Origin: Octopus vulgaris
Taxonomy: Eukaryota
Length of the DNA stretch: 64,000 bases
Reading direction: 5' to 3'
Assembly: GCA_951406725.2 (NCBI GenBank)
Contig: OX597825.1
Span: 52,762,001 to 52,826,000, forward strand
The notes below the pieces were generated by a model that searched no databases, had not been told where the DNA came from, and saw only the letters and a program-made list of their open reading frames with translations. The translations under genes were made by a program, and so were the position numbers. The stretch's first letter is position 1. Each line of letters starts with the position of its first letter. Shown here piece by piece: positions 63,668 to 64,000 of this stretch.

Positions 63668-64000
63668 TGTTAAGGTCGAATTAACCTGGAACATGTCTGT
63701 AGTTGTCACCATTTCCTAATAATCAGACACATTCTCTTTTTCAATCCATTGTTGTTGATTCATTCGAATTAAATTAAATCTCCTGTCTTCCTTGATCAGA
63801 ATTTCTCATCAATATTATAATTGTTCTCATCACTAAGAGCCTTTACTATAATTAATTTTAAAAATTCTTGACTAGCTGCATCTGCTATGATCCAGTCAAT
63901 AATTTAGTGTTTTGTATAACTGAATAAAGCAACAGAAAGGAAAAGAAAACAAATGTTAACAAATCCTTGAACTGCATGCAAATATGAATATCTTAAATTT

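Overview
AT-rich, repeat-dense eukaryotic DNA with many (TA)n, (CA)n and (GAT)n microsatellites. The SINE and LINE types look cephalopod (Octopus-like); this is inferred, not verified by search. Most of the window is transposable elements: a Naiad-type Penelope-like element (PLE) forming a 4.3-kb fold-back palindrome, a second decayed Naiad, R4/Dong, HERO and RTE LINE fragments, several tRNA-derived SINE families, mariner, pogo and hAT relics, MITEs and a small Helitron. The strongest hidden signal is about a dozen minimal type-I hammerhead ribozyme (HHR) motifs from several unrelated families, many with non-canonical cores and several lying in fold-back palindromes. Two stand out: a 359-bp retrozyme-like unit with a 27-bp terminal redundancy and a U3-A8 core, and a tRNA-headed SINE carrying an HHR whose inverted duplication ends exactly at the predicted cleavage site. 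A few short minus-strand exon candidates suggest a host gene with alternative C-termini (low confidence). All structures were read by eye; nothing was computed or searched.
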